Assembly: GCA_037142555.1 (NCBI GenBank)
Contig: JBAXAJ010000004.1
Location: 21,738-85,737 of the forward strand
From: Candidatus Shapirobacteria bacterium
GTDB taxonomy: Bacteria; Patescibacteriota; Microgenomatia; UBA12405
Direction: 5' to 3'
Length of the DNA: 64,000 bases
Each line of letters begins with the position of its first letter. The first letter of the stretch is position 1. The position numbers and the translations under genes were made by a program. The notes under the pieces were generated by a model. That model searched no databases. It was not told the origin of the DNA and worked only from the letters and a program-made list of their open reading frames with translations. This document shows positions 1 to 9,258 of the stretch, piece after piece.

Positions 1-55
1 GTAAAAACCCTCCGTCCCCGATGAATCGGGTCCACCTCCCTTAACAGGGCGGCTT
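1..55 (+). repeat. Two-hairpin palindromic repeat (family A), in frame within ligA
   Basis: AAAACCCTCC-[CCCGATGAATCGGG]-TCCACCTCCCTTAACAGGGCGG; close intergenic copy at 44271-44322; encodes SRPVKGGGPDSSGTEG in LigA. Confidence 0.85.
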
Positions 56-600
56 TTTATAATTTCATTTAGTTTTTGAAAATCTTTTTCTAACATCACA
101 ATTTCACATCTGACTGAGCCGGTGAAGTTATCTTTAAAATTTTGGACAAAGTTTTTCATTTTGACTACATTTTGAGTTATGACATCTCCTATTTTTCCAT
201 CACCTCGAGTTATAGTATCGACTAGTTTTCCGTTTTTATATTCAATTTCTAGAGAGATTCCGTCACATTTTGGTTGGACAACAAAATCAATGTTGTTAGG
301 AATTTTTTTTAATTCAAAATAGTGAATAAGATCTTCTATATTATTTACTTTGTTTTGAGAACCCATTGGCATTTGGTGTTTCTTTTTATCAAAACCAGTG
401 TCAAAGTTTTCATTACCGACTTTGGTGAAGATTCGATGATAAGGATTTTTTTTACGCAAGATATCTTCTAGAACATCAAAAGTGTGGTCATCCATGGTTG
501 GTTTACTATCAATGTAGTAGGCTTTTTTAGCATCCATTAAAAGTTCACCTAATTTTTCAGGGGTGATAGTTTGAAGATCGATGGAGTCGAGAGTGATCAT
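1..600 (-). CDS. ligA: NAD-dependent DNA ligase, N-terminal part (runs off window start)
   Basis: Not in the ORF track; hand translation from ATG at 600 gives MITLDSIDLQ...KAYY...DHTFDVLE...QPKCDGISLEIEY...TRGDGKIGDVITQNV, containing the KxDG adenylation motif and TRGDG motif. Frame open to base 1. Confidence 0.93.
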   Translation of the reverse strand, partial: MITLDSIDLQTITPEKLGELLMDAKKAYYIDSKPTMDDHTFDVLEDILRKKNPYHRIFTKVGNENFDTGFDKKKHQMPMGSQNKVNNIEDLIHYFELKKIPNNIDFVVQPKCDGISLEIEYKNGKLVDTITRGDGKIGDVITQNVVKMKNFVQNFKDNFTGSVRCEIVMLEKDFQKLNEIIKSRPVKGGGPDSSGTEGFY

Positions 601-1671
601 CTAAACATTAACTAAACAATAGTAGGCGCCTTTTGTGGAACCTCTTTTTTCAATTGCACCGGTGTCGACTAATTTCTTAAGATCGCGCCAGATGGTGTCA
701 TCGGAAACCATTGGTAGAAGTTGTTGAGCATCAGGCATTCTTAAACCACCAAATTGTTGCATGTATTCAACTAATTTAATTTGTCTTTCAGTTAAGTGAA
801 TTTGTTTACCACCAAGTTTTTGTTTAAGTTTGATATCGCGAGAAAGAGATTGAACTTTATCTTTGACTCGGGAAAGTTCAATAGTTAAAGCTTCAGTGAA
901 ATATTCGATCCATTTAGTTAAATCTCTTTTGAAAAGATTTGAGGAAAGTTGATGAGTAGCTTGAATGGTGTTGTAGTAATCTTCAGCATTACGATCGAAA
1001 TATTCTTCAAGAGAAAAGAGACGACGAATGTCATAACCTTCGACATAGAGAGGAAGCATAGCAAAAGCTCGGCTGACTCGGCCATTACCTTCGATGAATG
1101 GATGGATGGCAACTAAAATATATTGAGCGATAGCAGAACGAATGGCTGGATGGATTTCTCGAGATTCAGCGTTGTTTAGCCAATCGACAAAATCAGTAAC
1201 TAGATATGGAACCTCTATAGCTGGTGGTGGTCGATGAGCAATTTCACCAGTTCTAGTGTTTTTTAAAACAACTTGTTGGTGACGATATTTGCCACATTCA
1301 CTTTCAGGGATGACTTTGTCGGTTGTTAACTCATGAATTTTTTTGATTATTTCTTCATCATATTTGAAAGGATTAGTTTTTGGCAGTTTTTCTAGATAAT
1401 CGACAACATTGCGATAGTTGATTACTTCTTGGATATCTCGTTCTCCAGCAGTGACTTTGTGGCCTTCAACTAGTTTGGCAACTTCTTGGAAAGTTAGGTC
1501 ATTACCTTCAATTCTGGTTCCATAGTGGACAGTTCGGACGATTGCTTCTTGTTGGAATTGTTTTTCGTAGGCTGGGATGAGTGGAGCTTCATCAATAATG
1601 GCCCTAGCAGCTTCAATTGAGCTGATGTTTTTGAGGATTTTGTTATTGATGGTAAAGACGGGATAAAACAT
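601..1671 (-). CDS. Fic family protein with C-terminal winged HTH
   Basis: Fic motif HPFIEGNGRVSR; C-terminal SDDTIWRDLKKLV...GSTKGAYY HTH-like tail. Confidence 0.92.
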   Translation of the reverse strand: MFYPVFTINNKILKNISSIEAARAIIDEAPLIPAYEKQFQQEAIVRTVHYGTRIEGNDLTFQEVAKLVEGHKVTAGERDIQEVINYRNVVDYLEKLPKTNPFKYDEEIIKKIHELTTDKVIPESECGKYRHQQVVLKNTRTGEIAHRPPPAIEVPYLVTDFVDWLNNAESREIHPAIRSAIAQYILVAIHPFIEGNGRVSRAFAMLPLYVEGYDIRRLFSLEEYFDRNAEDYYNTIQATHQLSSNLFKRDLTKWIEYFTEALTIELSRVKDKVQSLSRDIKLKQKLGGKQIHLTERQIKLVEYMQQFGGLRMPDAQQLLPMVSDDTIWRDLKKLVDTGAIEKRGSTKGAYYCLVNV

Positions 1672-1719
1672 CTTCTAAATTATAGCACTTTTTTGGGAAT
1701 TGATAAGGGGAAAATGCGG

Positions 1720-2319
1720 TTAAAAAAATATATAGTCGAGGGCTGATTTTGGATCAACATTGGACTTAATCATTTGGATGGCTTTAATTATCTTTTCAAT
1801 AGTTTGAACGGTTTTTTGATCTGGATTTTTGATTAATTCAGCTTGGTAGAGCTTGAGTTGGTCCTCTAGAGCTGGAAGAATTTCTTCCTTGGAAAGTTCG
1901 TCATCTATGGTTAAGAATTTGGCTGAAGAAATTTCTTTTTCAGAATTGATTTTGATAGTGTGACAACGAGAGATGATGGTCGGCAGAAGAGAAGATGCTT
2001 TGTTAGTGGTAATGATTAAGTAATTGTTGTCTCCTGGTTCTTCTAGGACTTTTAGTAGAGCATTTTGGGCCTCTGTAGCCAGATTGTGGGCTTCTTCAAT
2101 CACAATAATTTTAGACTGATGAGAAAAGGCTTTTTGAGAAAGAAATTTTTTTAGAGTTCTGATGACATCTATGCCAAAACCAGTTTGAAAGTTGATTTTT
2201 AGCAAATCTGGGTTATTTTCATTGAAAATATGGCCTAAAGATTGGCAAATTTCATCAATTTTTTGGTTGATTAATTCGCTTTTTGTAGAAATGATTAGTG
2301 TTGATGGGAAGAGCTTCAT
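1720..2319 (-). CDS. holB: DNA polymerase III delta' subunit (short form)
   Basis: GIDVIR, KIIVIEEAHNL, EAQNALLKVLEEP, LLPTIISRC. Start moved to MKLFPS (2319) to avoid overlap with pilB. Confidence 0.85.
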   Translation of the reverse strand: MKLFPSTLIISTKSELINQKIDEICQSLGHIFNENNPDLLKINFQTGFGIDVIRTLKKFLSQKAFSHQSKIIVIEEAHNLATEAQNALLKVLEEPGDNNYLIITTNKASSLLPTIISRCHTIKINSEKEISSAKFLTIDDELSKEEILPALEDQLKLYQAELIKNPDQKTVQTIEKIIKAIQMIKSNVDPKSALDYIFF

Positions 2320-2335
2320 ACTGTAGTATTTTATT

Positions 2336-4075
2336 ATGACTGATTTTAGTCCAAAAATATATAAGAGTTTAAAAGAGGTTCTTTTAAGTAAGGGCTTAAT
2401 TAAACAGGAACAGTTTGATGAGATTGGACTAAGACAATTAAAGAATGGTGAATCTGAAGAGGGAATAATCAAAGATCTAAGAATAGTTGATGATATTGAA
2501 TTCACAAAAGCCAAGGCAGAGTTTATGCGGGTTGATTATGTTGATCTAGACACTATTGGTTTTTCTCCAGAAGCTTTGACTTTAGTTCCAGAAAGTGTGG
2601 CTCAGAAATATAAAATAGTCCCCTATAAGCTAGACCCAAAAACAAAAACTTTGTTTGTGACCATGGTTAATCCTCTAGATTTAGAGACAATTGAATTTCT
2701 AGAGAAAAAAACTAATCTAGAAATTGCAACTTCGATTTCAACTGAAAAACAAATTAGTTCTTTTATTAAAGAGAAATATATTAGAGAAAAGAACATAACT
2801 TCAGAAGTAACTAAAGCTTTGGATGAAAGAAAGGAAGAAGAAAAACAAGTTTCTGATTCTCGAGAAAAAGTTGCAGCTGAAGCACCAGTGGCTAAGATTG
2901 TGTCCACTATTTTGGAATACGCAGTTAAATCTCGAGCTTCTGATGTCCACATTGAACCTCAAGAAGATAATGTTCGAATTAGATACAGAATTGACGGTAT
3001 TTTGCAGGAAAAATATATATTACCAAGAAATGTTTGTGAGGCAGTTATTTCTAGAATTAAAATTTTGTCTAATTTAAAAATTGATGAAAAAAGAGTTCCT
3101 CAAGATGGTCGTTTCTTTTTCACAACTGATGGGAATGACGTTGATTTGCGGGTTTCAACTTTGCCAACCACTTATGGAGAAAAGATAGTTATGCGTTTGT
3201 TGCAAAAAGCTAAGAAAGTGCCAACTTTGCCAGATTTGGGACTTCGTGGTTTAGCTTTGAAAAATTTAATGAGTTCAATTGCTAGACCTCATGGAATCAT
3301 TATTGTCTGTGGTCCAACTGGTTCTGGTAAAACTACAACTCTATATTCAGTTTTGGATATTGTGGCAACTTCAAAAGTTAATGTAGTGACAGTTGAAGAT
3401 CCAGTCGAATATCAAATGAAAGGAGTAAATCAGGTTCAAGTGAACGTACAGGCTGGTTTAACTTTTAGTTCGGCTTTGCGTTCATTTTTGCGTCAAGATC
3501 CTAATGTCATTATGGTTGGAGAAATCCGAGATACAGAAACTGCTGAATTGGCTATTAATGCTGCTTTGACTGGTCATTTAGTCTTCTCTACTCTACACAC
3601 AAATGATGCTTCTGGTGTGCCGCCACGACTTTTAGACATGGGTTGTGAACCATTTTTGTTAGTATCTTCATTAAATTGTGTGGTTGGTCAGCGGGTGTTG
3701 AGACGAGTTTGCACAAATTGTGTGACTCAAGTTGATATGCCGCCTGAAAGTGAGCAAGAATTAAGAAAGACTTTGGGTCCAATTTATGACACAGTGGCAA
3801 ATAAATTTAAGATTGATGGCAAAAAGATGGGATTACCAAAAATTGTTGGTTGTGAAAAATGTAATAACACTGGATATTTAGGTCGAGTTGCTATTTATGA
3901 AGTGATGCCAATTTCGGAAAAAATAGGTAAATTAATTGTGGAAAAAGCTTCTGACACTGATATTCAGAAACTAGCTATGGAGGAAGGAATGTTGACTATG
4001 AAACAAGATGGTTACGTTAAAGTTTTAGAAGGTGTGACGACTATGGACGAAGTTATTAGAGTCGCACAGTATTAA
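2336..4075 (+). CDS. pilB: Type IV pilus assembly ATPase PilB/GspE
   Basis: ASDVHIEP, Walker A GPTGSGKTTT, LRQDPNVIMVGEIRD, STLHTN, CxxC...CxxC zinc motif, N-terminal T2SSE_N-like region. Confidence 0.95.
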   Translation: MTDFSPKIYKSLKEVLLSKGLIKQEQFDEIGLRQLKNGESEEGIIKDLRIVDDIEFTKAKAEFMRVDYVDLDTIGFSPEALTLVPESVAQKYKIVPYKLDPKTKTLFVTMVNPLDLETIEFLEKKTNLEIATSISTEKQISSFIKEKYIREKNITSEVTKALDERKEEEKQVSDSREKVAAEAPVAKIVSTILEYAVKSRASDVHIEPQEDNVRIRYRIDGILQEKYILPRNVCEAVISRIKILSNLKIDEKRVPQDGRFFFTTDGNDVDLRVSTLPTTYGEKIVMRLLQKAKKVPTLPDLGLRGLALKNLMSSIARPHGIIIVCGPTGSGKTTTLYSVLDIVATSKVNVVTVEDPVEYQMKGVNQVQVNVQAGLTFSSALRSFLRQDPNVIMVGEIRDTETAELAINAALTGHLVFSTLHTNDASGVPPRLLDMGCEPFLLVSSLNCVVGQRVLRRVCTNCVTQVDMPPESEQELRKTLGPIYDTVANKFKIDGKKMGLPKIVGCEKCNNTGYLGRVAIYEVMPISEKIGKLIVEKASDTDIQKLAMEEGMLTMKQDGYVKVLEGVTTMDEVIRVAQY

Positions 4076-4076
4076 A

Positions 4077-5147
4077 ATGCATACAAAAATTACGGAATTA
4101 TTAAGTTTAGCGGTGGCAAACAAAGCTTCGGATATCCATTTAATAACTGGTAGTGTGCCTAAATTGAGAGTTTTTGGAGAATTAGTGGAAGCAACTCAAT
4201 TTGCCAATATTGAAGATAAGATGATGGAAGAAATGATTTTTTCTTTGTTGACTGAAGAACAAAAGAAAATTGTTTTGGAACAAAGAGAATTGGATTTTTC
4301 AGTTGAATCTCCAGAATCAAGATTCAGATGTAATGTTTATTATCAAAAAGGTTTAATTGCTTGCGCTTTGAGATTAATTTCGGCTGAAATTCCTGGTTTT
4401 GGGGAACTTAATTTACCTGAGTCTTTTAAGACTTTTACTACTTTAAAACAGGGTTTTGTATTGGTGACTGGTCCAACTGGTCATGGGAAATCAACCACAA
4501 TAGCTTCAATTTTAAATGAAATTAATAAGACTAAAGGTGGACATATTGTTACGATTGAAGATCCAGTTGAGTATTTGATTAAACCTATAAAAGCAATGGT
4601 CTCCCAAAGAGAAATTGGTTCTGACACAAAAAATTTTGATTTAGCTTTGAGGTCTTGTCTAAGACAAGATCCAAATGTGGTTTTTGTGGGAGAAATGAGA
4701 GATTTGGAATCTATTTCTTCGGCTTTAACTATTGCGGAAACTGGACATCTAGTTTTTTCAGTTCTACACACTAATTCAGCTTCTCAGACAATAGACAGAA
4801 TTGTTGATGTTTTTCCTGACAGTTCTAAAGATCAAATTAAAGTTCAATTAGCTTCGGTGGTGACGGCAATAATTTCTCAAAGATTAGTGCCAGCAATTAA
4901 AGGTGGTCGAGTTCCAGCTTTTGAAATCTTAATGATTACTCCAGCAGTCAGAAATGTGATTCGAGAAGGAAAAACTTTCATGATTGATAACATTATTCAA
5001 ACTAGTAGCGAGCTAGGAATGGTTAGTTTAGAAAGCTCTTTGGCTAAATTAGTTAAAGATGGTTTGGTTTCTGAGGAAGTGGCTCTAAATTATGTTACTA
5101 ATCCATTGGAATTTCAAAATAAACTAAGGAGAAATCAAACTCTATGA
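4077..5147 (+). CDS. pilT: Type IV pilus retraction ATPase PilT
   Basis: ASDIHL, GPTGHGKST, LRQDPNVVFVGEMRD, AVRNVIRE (AIRNLIRE-like motif). Confidence 0.95.
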   Translation: MHTKITELLSLAVANKASDIHLITGSVPKLRVFGELVEATQFANIEDKMMEEMIFSLLTEEQKKIVLEQRELDFSVESPESRFRCNVYYQKGLIACALRLISAEIPGFGELNLPESFKTFTTLKQGFVLVTGPTGHGKSTTIASILNEINKTKGGHIVTIEDPVEYLIKPIKAMVSQREIGSDTKNFDLALRSCLRQDPNVVFVGEMRDLESISSALTIAETGHLVFSVLHTNSASQTIDRIVDVFPDSSKDQIKVQLASVVTAIISQRLVPAIKGGRVPAFEILMITPAVRNVIREGKTFMIDNIIQTSSELGMVSLESSLAKLVKDGLVSEEVALNYVTNPLEFQNKLRRNQTL

Positions 5148-6355
5148 CCAGATTTTTGTACAAAGCTAAGGATTGGAATGGAAAGATGATTAAAGGTATT
5201 TTAGAGATGAACACTAAAGCTGATGTTTTAGAATCTATTAAAACTGGTGGATTAGTCCCCTTGTCGGTTAGTGAAGAAAAAAATAGTGTTTTTACGGAAA
5301 TTTATAAAAATATTTTTTCCAAAGTTGGTTTGAAGCAGGTAGCCAGTTTTACTCGTCAACTTTCAACTATGTTAAATTCTGGTTTAGCTTTGACTGATGC
5401 CTTATCCTTATTAAAAAATCAATTTGAAAGAACAACTTTGATGTTTGAAATTGTGGAAAGTGCCCTAAATACGGTTCAAGGGGGACATTCTTTGGGAGAA
5501 GCTTTGGATAAATATCAAAAGGTTTTTGGTGAGGCCTACATTGCTTCAATTAATGCTGGTGAAGAAGGAGGAGTCTTGGAAGAAATTTTGACAAAATTAG
5601 CTGATAGCTTAGAAAAAGAACAAGAATTTAAAAGTAAAGTCAAAGGAGCCATGATTTATCCAATAATCGTGGTTATTGGTATGTTGATTGTGGCAGTGAT
5701 TATGATGCTTTTTGTGGTGCCAAAACTTTTGGGACTTTATGGTGATTTTGGTTCGAAGTTGCCAGCTTCAACTCAAGTATTAATGACAATGTCGAATTTC
5801 ACTAAGAACTTTTGGTTTCTTTTGCCAATCATTGGAATAGGAATTTATATGTTTTTAAAAGTTGGTAATCAAAACCCAAAATTAAAATTAGCAATTGATA
5901 CTTATAAACTTAGATTGCCTGTTTTTGGACCATTAATCAGAAAAAATATTTTAGCTTCAACAATGAGGACTCTATCGATGCTTTTGTCAGCTGGAATTTC
6001 TTTGGTTGAAGCTCTGAGAATTGTGGCTAAAGTGGCTGGAAATGAATTATATAATCAATCGTTTTTAAGCATAGCCGAAAGAGTTCAAAAAGGATTTAAT
6101 ATTTCATCTTCTTTTGAAGAATCAGGAATTTATCCGCCAATTGTTAATCAGATGGTGGCAACTGGTGAGGCAACTGGAAAACTAGATGAGGTTTTATTGA
6201 GGGTGTCTGAGTATTTTGCCACTGAAGCAGAACAATCAGTCAAATCTTTAACTTCAGCAATCGAACCATTAATTATGATAGTTTTGGGAATTGGGGTTGC
6301 TTTCTTGGTTATTGCCGTCATAATGCCAATCTACAACTTGACATCGCAATTTTAG
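5144..6355 (+). CDS. pilC: Type IV pilus platform protein PilC/GspF
   Basis: FTRQLSTML, AGEEGG, KVKGAMIYP, GEATGKLD, EPLIM. Confidence 0.95.
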   Translation: MTRFLYKAKDWNGKMIKGILEMNTKADVLESIKTGGLVPLSVSEEKNSVFTEIYKNIFSKVGLKQVASFTRQLSTMLNSGLALTDALSLLKNQFERTTLMFEIVESALNTVQGGHSLGEALDKYQKVFGEAYIASINAGEEGGVLEEILTKLADSLEKEQEFKSKVKGAMIYPIIVVIGMLIVAVIMMLFVVPKLLGLYGDFGSKLPASTQVLMTMSNFTKNFWFLLPIIGIGIYMFLKVGNQNPKLKLAIDTYKLRLPVFGPLIRKNILASTMRTLSMLLSAGISLVEALRIVAKVAGNELYNQSFLSIAERVQKGFNISSSFEESGIYPPIVNQMVATGEATGKLDEVLLRVSEYFATEAEQSVKSLTSAIEPLIMIVLGIGVAFLVIAVIMPIYNLTSQF

Positions 6356-6403
6356 TAGTAAATAATGATATTAAGAACTTATTTAATTGTTAATTTAAAA
6401 AAA

Positions 6404-7039
6404 ATGAAAATAAAGAATTTGGGTTTTACATTAGTAGAACTTTTAATAGTTATCGCTTTGATTGCAATTTTATCTGTCGCTGTTTTAGCAACAATCAATC
6501 CTATCGAACAATCAGCTAAAGCAAGAGACGCAGCTTTCAAAAATGACGCAGCTGAAATTTTGAGTGCTTATGAGAGATATTTTGCTGGTGGTGCTAGTCA
6601 AAATGCTGGTGCATATCCTTGGACTAAAGGTACTGAGGATGTAACTCAAGTATTAAAGAGTACAGATTATACCTTTGGAATTGTTGATGTTGGTGATTCT
6701 AAATCTGTTTTAATTTCCACTTCAGAATTAAAAGCATCTTTCCAAGGTAAAAAACCTTTTTTAACTGATGTTTCAGCTGATGACACGATGTACACATACC
6801 ATAATGCTAATATAAATGATAATTATGTTTGTTTTGTCCCAAAATCAAAAGCTAATAGAGCTTTACCTTTGAAATGTATTACTGGGACTGGTGATAATAA
6901 AGCATTACTCAATGCGGGTGATACTGATTGTGCTGCAGTAACTGATTGGGGTGCTAGTGGTGTCACTACTGTTAACAATACTACTCAAAATAAGAATGCA
7001 ATTTTAATGTGTGTTCCTGAAGGTAATATTGCCCCATAA
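6404..7039 (+). CDS. Type IV pilin, probable major pilin
   Basis: Class III signal G|FTLVELLIV; longest of the canonical GFTL pilins; followed by a terminator hairpin. Start chosen at MKIKNL (6365 is an alternative). Confidence 0.85.
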   Translation: MKIKNLGFTLVELLIVIALIAILSVAVLATINPIEQSAKARDAAFKNDAAEILSAYERYFAGGASQNAGAYPWTKGTEDVTQVLKSTDYTFGIVDVGDSKSVLISTSELKASFQGKKPFLTDVSADDTMYTYHNANINDNYVCFVPKSKANRALPLKCITGTGDNKALLNAGDTDCAAVTDWGASGVTTVNNTTQNKNAILMCVPEGNIAP

Positions 7040-7058
7040 GTTAAGTTGATTTGAATTT

Positions 7059-7087
7059 AAACCCTCCCGAAGACTCGGGGGGTTTTT
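7059..7087 (+). terminator. Intrinsic terminator after the putative major pilin
   Basis: AAACCCTCCCGA-AGAC-TCGGGGGGTTTTT hairpin followed by a T tract. Confidence 0.75.
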
Positions 7088-7116
7088 GGTTGGTTGGCTT
7101 TAGTGTAGAATAAATT

Positions 7117-7965
7117 ATGATTATTACATTAGGTGTTTTGATTTTTGTTTTAGGGTTGTGTTTTGGATCTTTTGTGAATATGTTGGAGTATCGGTTGGCG
7201 AGGAAATATAAACTAATTTCTAAATCTAAATTTCTAATTTCTAATAACAAGAGAAGTTTTTGTGATGGATGTGGGAAGAAATTGGGATTTTTTGAAAATA
7301 TTCCGGTTCTTTCTTGGTTAATTCAAAAAGGTAGGACAAAATGTTGTAACAAAAAATTGCCACTCTCCTACCCTATTGTGGAATTATTAATGGGAATTTT
7401 GTTTTTCTTATTTTTTCTATTTAAAATTTTTCCAAATTTAAACAGTGGTTTTGTTTTTGTGATTCCAGGATTAGATTTCTTTTCTCTACAAATGACAATT
7501 GAATTGTTAGTTTATTTGATAATTATTGTTTGTTTGGTTTTCAGCGCTGTTTTTGATTTGAAATATATGATTTTGCCAGACATCTCAACTGGGATTTTGG
7601 TTGGGTGTGCGGTGTTTTTGATGGTCCTTGGTAGACACGGGGGTCTACCTGTACAGAATCTGTTGTCGGCCTTGGTTGCTTTTGGCTTTTTAGGAAGCAT
7701 ATATTTGTTAACTAAAGGCAAAGGAATGGGTTTTGGTGATGTTAAATATGTCATATTTATGGGTTTATTTTTAGGTTGTCAAAAAACAATTTTGGCTTTT
7801 TATGTGGCTTTTATTGTGGGAGCAATAGTTGGGATATTTCTAATGGTTCTTAAAAAAGCTAACAGAAAGAGTCAAATCCCATTTGGTCCATTTTTAATAT
7901 TAGGAACATTTTTAGCTTGGTTTTTGGGAGATATTATTATTAAATTTCTAATTTCTAATTTCTAA
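7117..7965 (+). CDS. pilD: Prepilin peptidase PilD
   Basis: GSFVNM, RSFCDGC, ENIPVLSW, FDLKYMILPD, GMGFGDVK, IPFGPFL. Confidence 0.93.
   Translation: MIITLGVLIFVLGLCFGSFVNMLEYRLARKYKLISKSKFLISNNKRSFCDGCGKKLGFFENIPVLSWLIQKGRTKCCNKKLPLSYPIVELLMGILFFLFFLFKIFPNLNSGFVFVIPGLDFFSLQMTIELLVYLIIIVCLVFSAVFDLKYMILPDISTGILVGCAVFLMVLGRHGGLPVQNLLSALVAFGFLGSIYLLTKGKGMGFGDVKYVIFMGLFLGCQKTILAFYVAFIVGAIVGIFLMVLKKANRKSQIPFGPFLILGTFLAWFLGDIIIKFLISNF
7213..7244 (+). repeat. TTTCTAA heptamer tandem repeat, in frame in pilD
   Basis: ctaa-tttctaa-atctaaa-tttctaa-tttctaa; encodes LISKSKFLISN. Confidence 0.75.
7630..7654 (-). repeat. REP-like palindrome, in frame in pilD
   Basis: Minus strand reads GTAC-A-GGTAGAC-CCCCGT-GTCTACC; a GC-rich patch in an AT-rich gene; encodes GRHGGLPV. 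Confidence 0.6.
7941..7965 (+). repeat. TTTCTAA x3, supplies the pilD stop codon
   Basis: taaa-tttctaa-tttctaa-tttctaa. Confidence 0.75.
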
Positions 7966-7970
7966 AAAAT

Positions 7971-8390
7971 ATGAATATTATAAAAAATAAAACGGGTTTT
8001 ACATTAATTGAAATAATGATAGTTTTCACTATTGTTGCAGTGTTGATAGTAATAACAGTTATGACTTTAAATCCAATTGCCTTGCAAGGCAGAGGCAATG
8101 ATGCTCGAATAAAAAGTGATCTTAATAAAATTAAAATTGCTTTTGAAGAATATAATAATGATAATAATTCTTATCCAATGGATATTGGCGCTTCAAATAC
8201 AAAAGATAATTGTGGGAAAACTATTATTAAACAATTAAATAGTTGGCCATGTAAGCCTGGGGGTGGAATTTATACAATTAATATTGGTACTAGTAATAAT
8301 TCTCAATGGTTTAAAGTTATCACAGTTTTAAGTACTGGAGAGACATATGGAGTTTCAAGTTCTAATATAAAGTTTACTGATTCGCTATAA
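7971..8390 (+). CDS. Type IV pilin / GspG-like pseudopilin
   Basis: G|FTLIEIMIV; DARIKSDL...YP motif. Confidence 0.88.
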   Translation: MNIIKNKTGFTLIEIMIVFTIVAVLIVITVMTLNPIALQGRGNDARIKSDLNKIKIAFEEYNNDNNSYPMDIGASNTKDNCGKTIIKQLNSWPCKPGGGIYTINIGTSNNSQWFKVITVLSTGETYGVSSSNIKFTDSL

Positions 8391-8396
8391 TTAACT

Positions 8397-8861
8397 ATGA
8401 AAAAAAATAAATCAAATCCTCTTTTTGTCGAACTTTTGATTGTAGTGGTGGCGCTTTCAATTTTAGGTTTTATTACCTATCAACAATTTGCTTTGGCTGA
8501 GGCTAGATCAAGAGACATCCAAAGAAAAAATGATTTAAATGAAATCTCAAAAGCTATTAGATTATATTTCGCTGACTATGGTCATTTACCATCAGCAGTT
8601 GATAGTAAAAAAGATCCAAACATAAACAAAACTTTTGGGAAGCCTTTTGTTGATGATAAAGATTATGTTTATATGAAACAAATGCCAAAAGAAAATTATT
8701 TAGTTAATAAACCTTTTTGTTATTTACAAAATGAAGCTAGTGGATCTTTCACTTTGTATGCTCAACTAGAAGATAAATCAGATTTGCAGTGTAAAAAAGA
8801 AGAATTGTCGTGTGGCGGAGTTAAATATTGTTATACTTATATTGTAGATGCAAATAAATAA
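8397..8861 (+). CDS. GspG-like pilin with atypical cleavage site
   Basis: Body matches neighbouring pilins (SRDIQRKNDL...LYFADYGHLP, YAQLE) but N-terminus is SNPLFVELL rather than GFTLIELL. Confidence 0.78.
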   Translation: MKKNKSNPLFVELLIVVVALSILGFITYQQFALAEARSRDIQRKNDLNEISKAIRLYFADYGHLPSAVDSKKDPNINKTFGKPFVDDKDYVYMKQMPKENYLVNKPFCYLQNEASGSFTLYAQLEDKSDLQCKKEELSCGGVKYCYTYIVDANK

Positions 8862-9258
8862 AAGAAAGGGTTTTAGTTTGATTGAACTATTGGTAGTTAT
8901 TTCCATAATTGCCGTGTTAACTGCAGTTTTGGTGGCTAATTTCATGGGGGCTCGAGAAAGAGCTCGTGATGCTCAAAAAATTTCAGATTTGGAATCTTTA
9001 AAAGGAGCTTTGAGATTATATTATAATGATCATCAAAATTATCCAATTAATGATACTGTCATCAATGATGTTGGGTTTACTGGTTATATATCAAATGTTA
9101 GTGGTATTGGTTTTACTTATGAACAAACAAGTGGTGGTGATGGATTTAATTTGTCTACTCAACTAGAAGCTGGGGCTGGTGATGATGACACTAATTCTCA
9201 AACTAAGTGTGGAATTACAGAACCTGTAGATAAAATATTTGTTGTTTGTGCTAGATAA
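8848..9258 (+). CDS. Type IV pilin / GspG-like
   Basis: G|FSLIELLVV; ARDAQKISDL...YYNDHQNYP. Confidence 0.9.
   Translation: MQINKRKGFSLIELLVVISIIAVLTAVLVANFMGARERARDAQKISDLESLKGALRLYYNDHQNYPINDTVINDVGFTGYISNVSGIGFTYEQTSGGDGFNLSTQLEAGAGDDDTNSQTKCGITEPVDKIFVVCAR

Noticed and set aside
2320-2514. N-terminal extension of the holB ORF
   Set aside because: Overlaps pilB on the opposite strand; MKLFPS at 2319 has a suitably placed -10.
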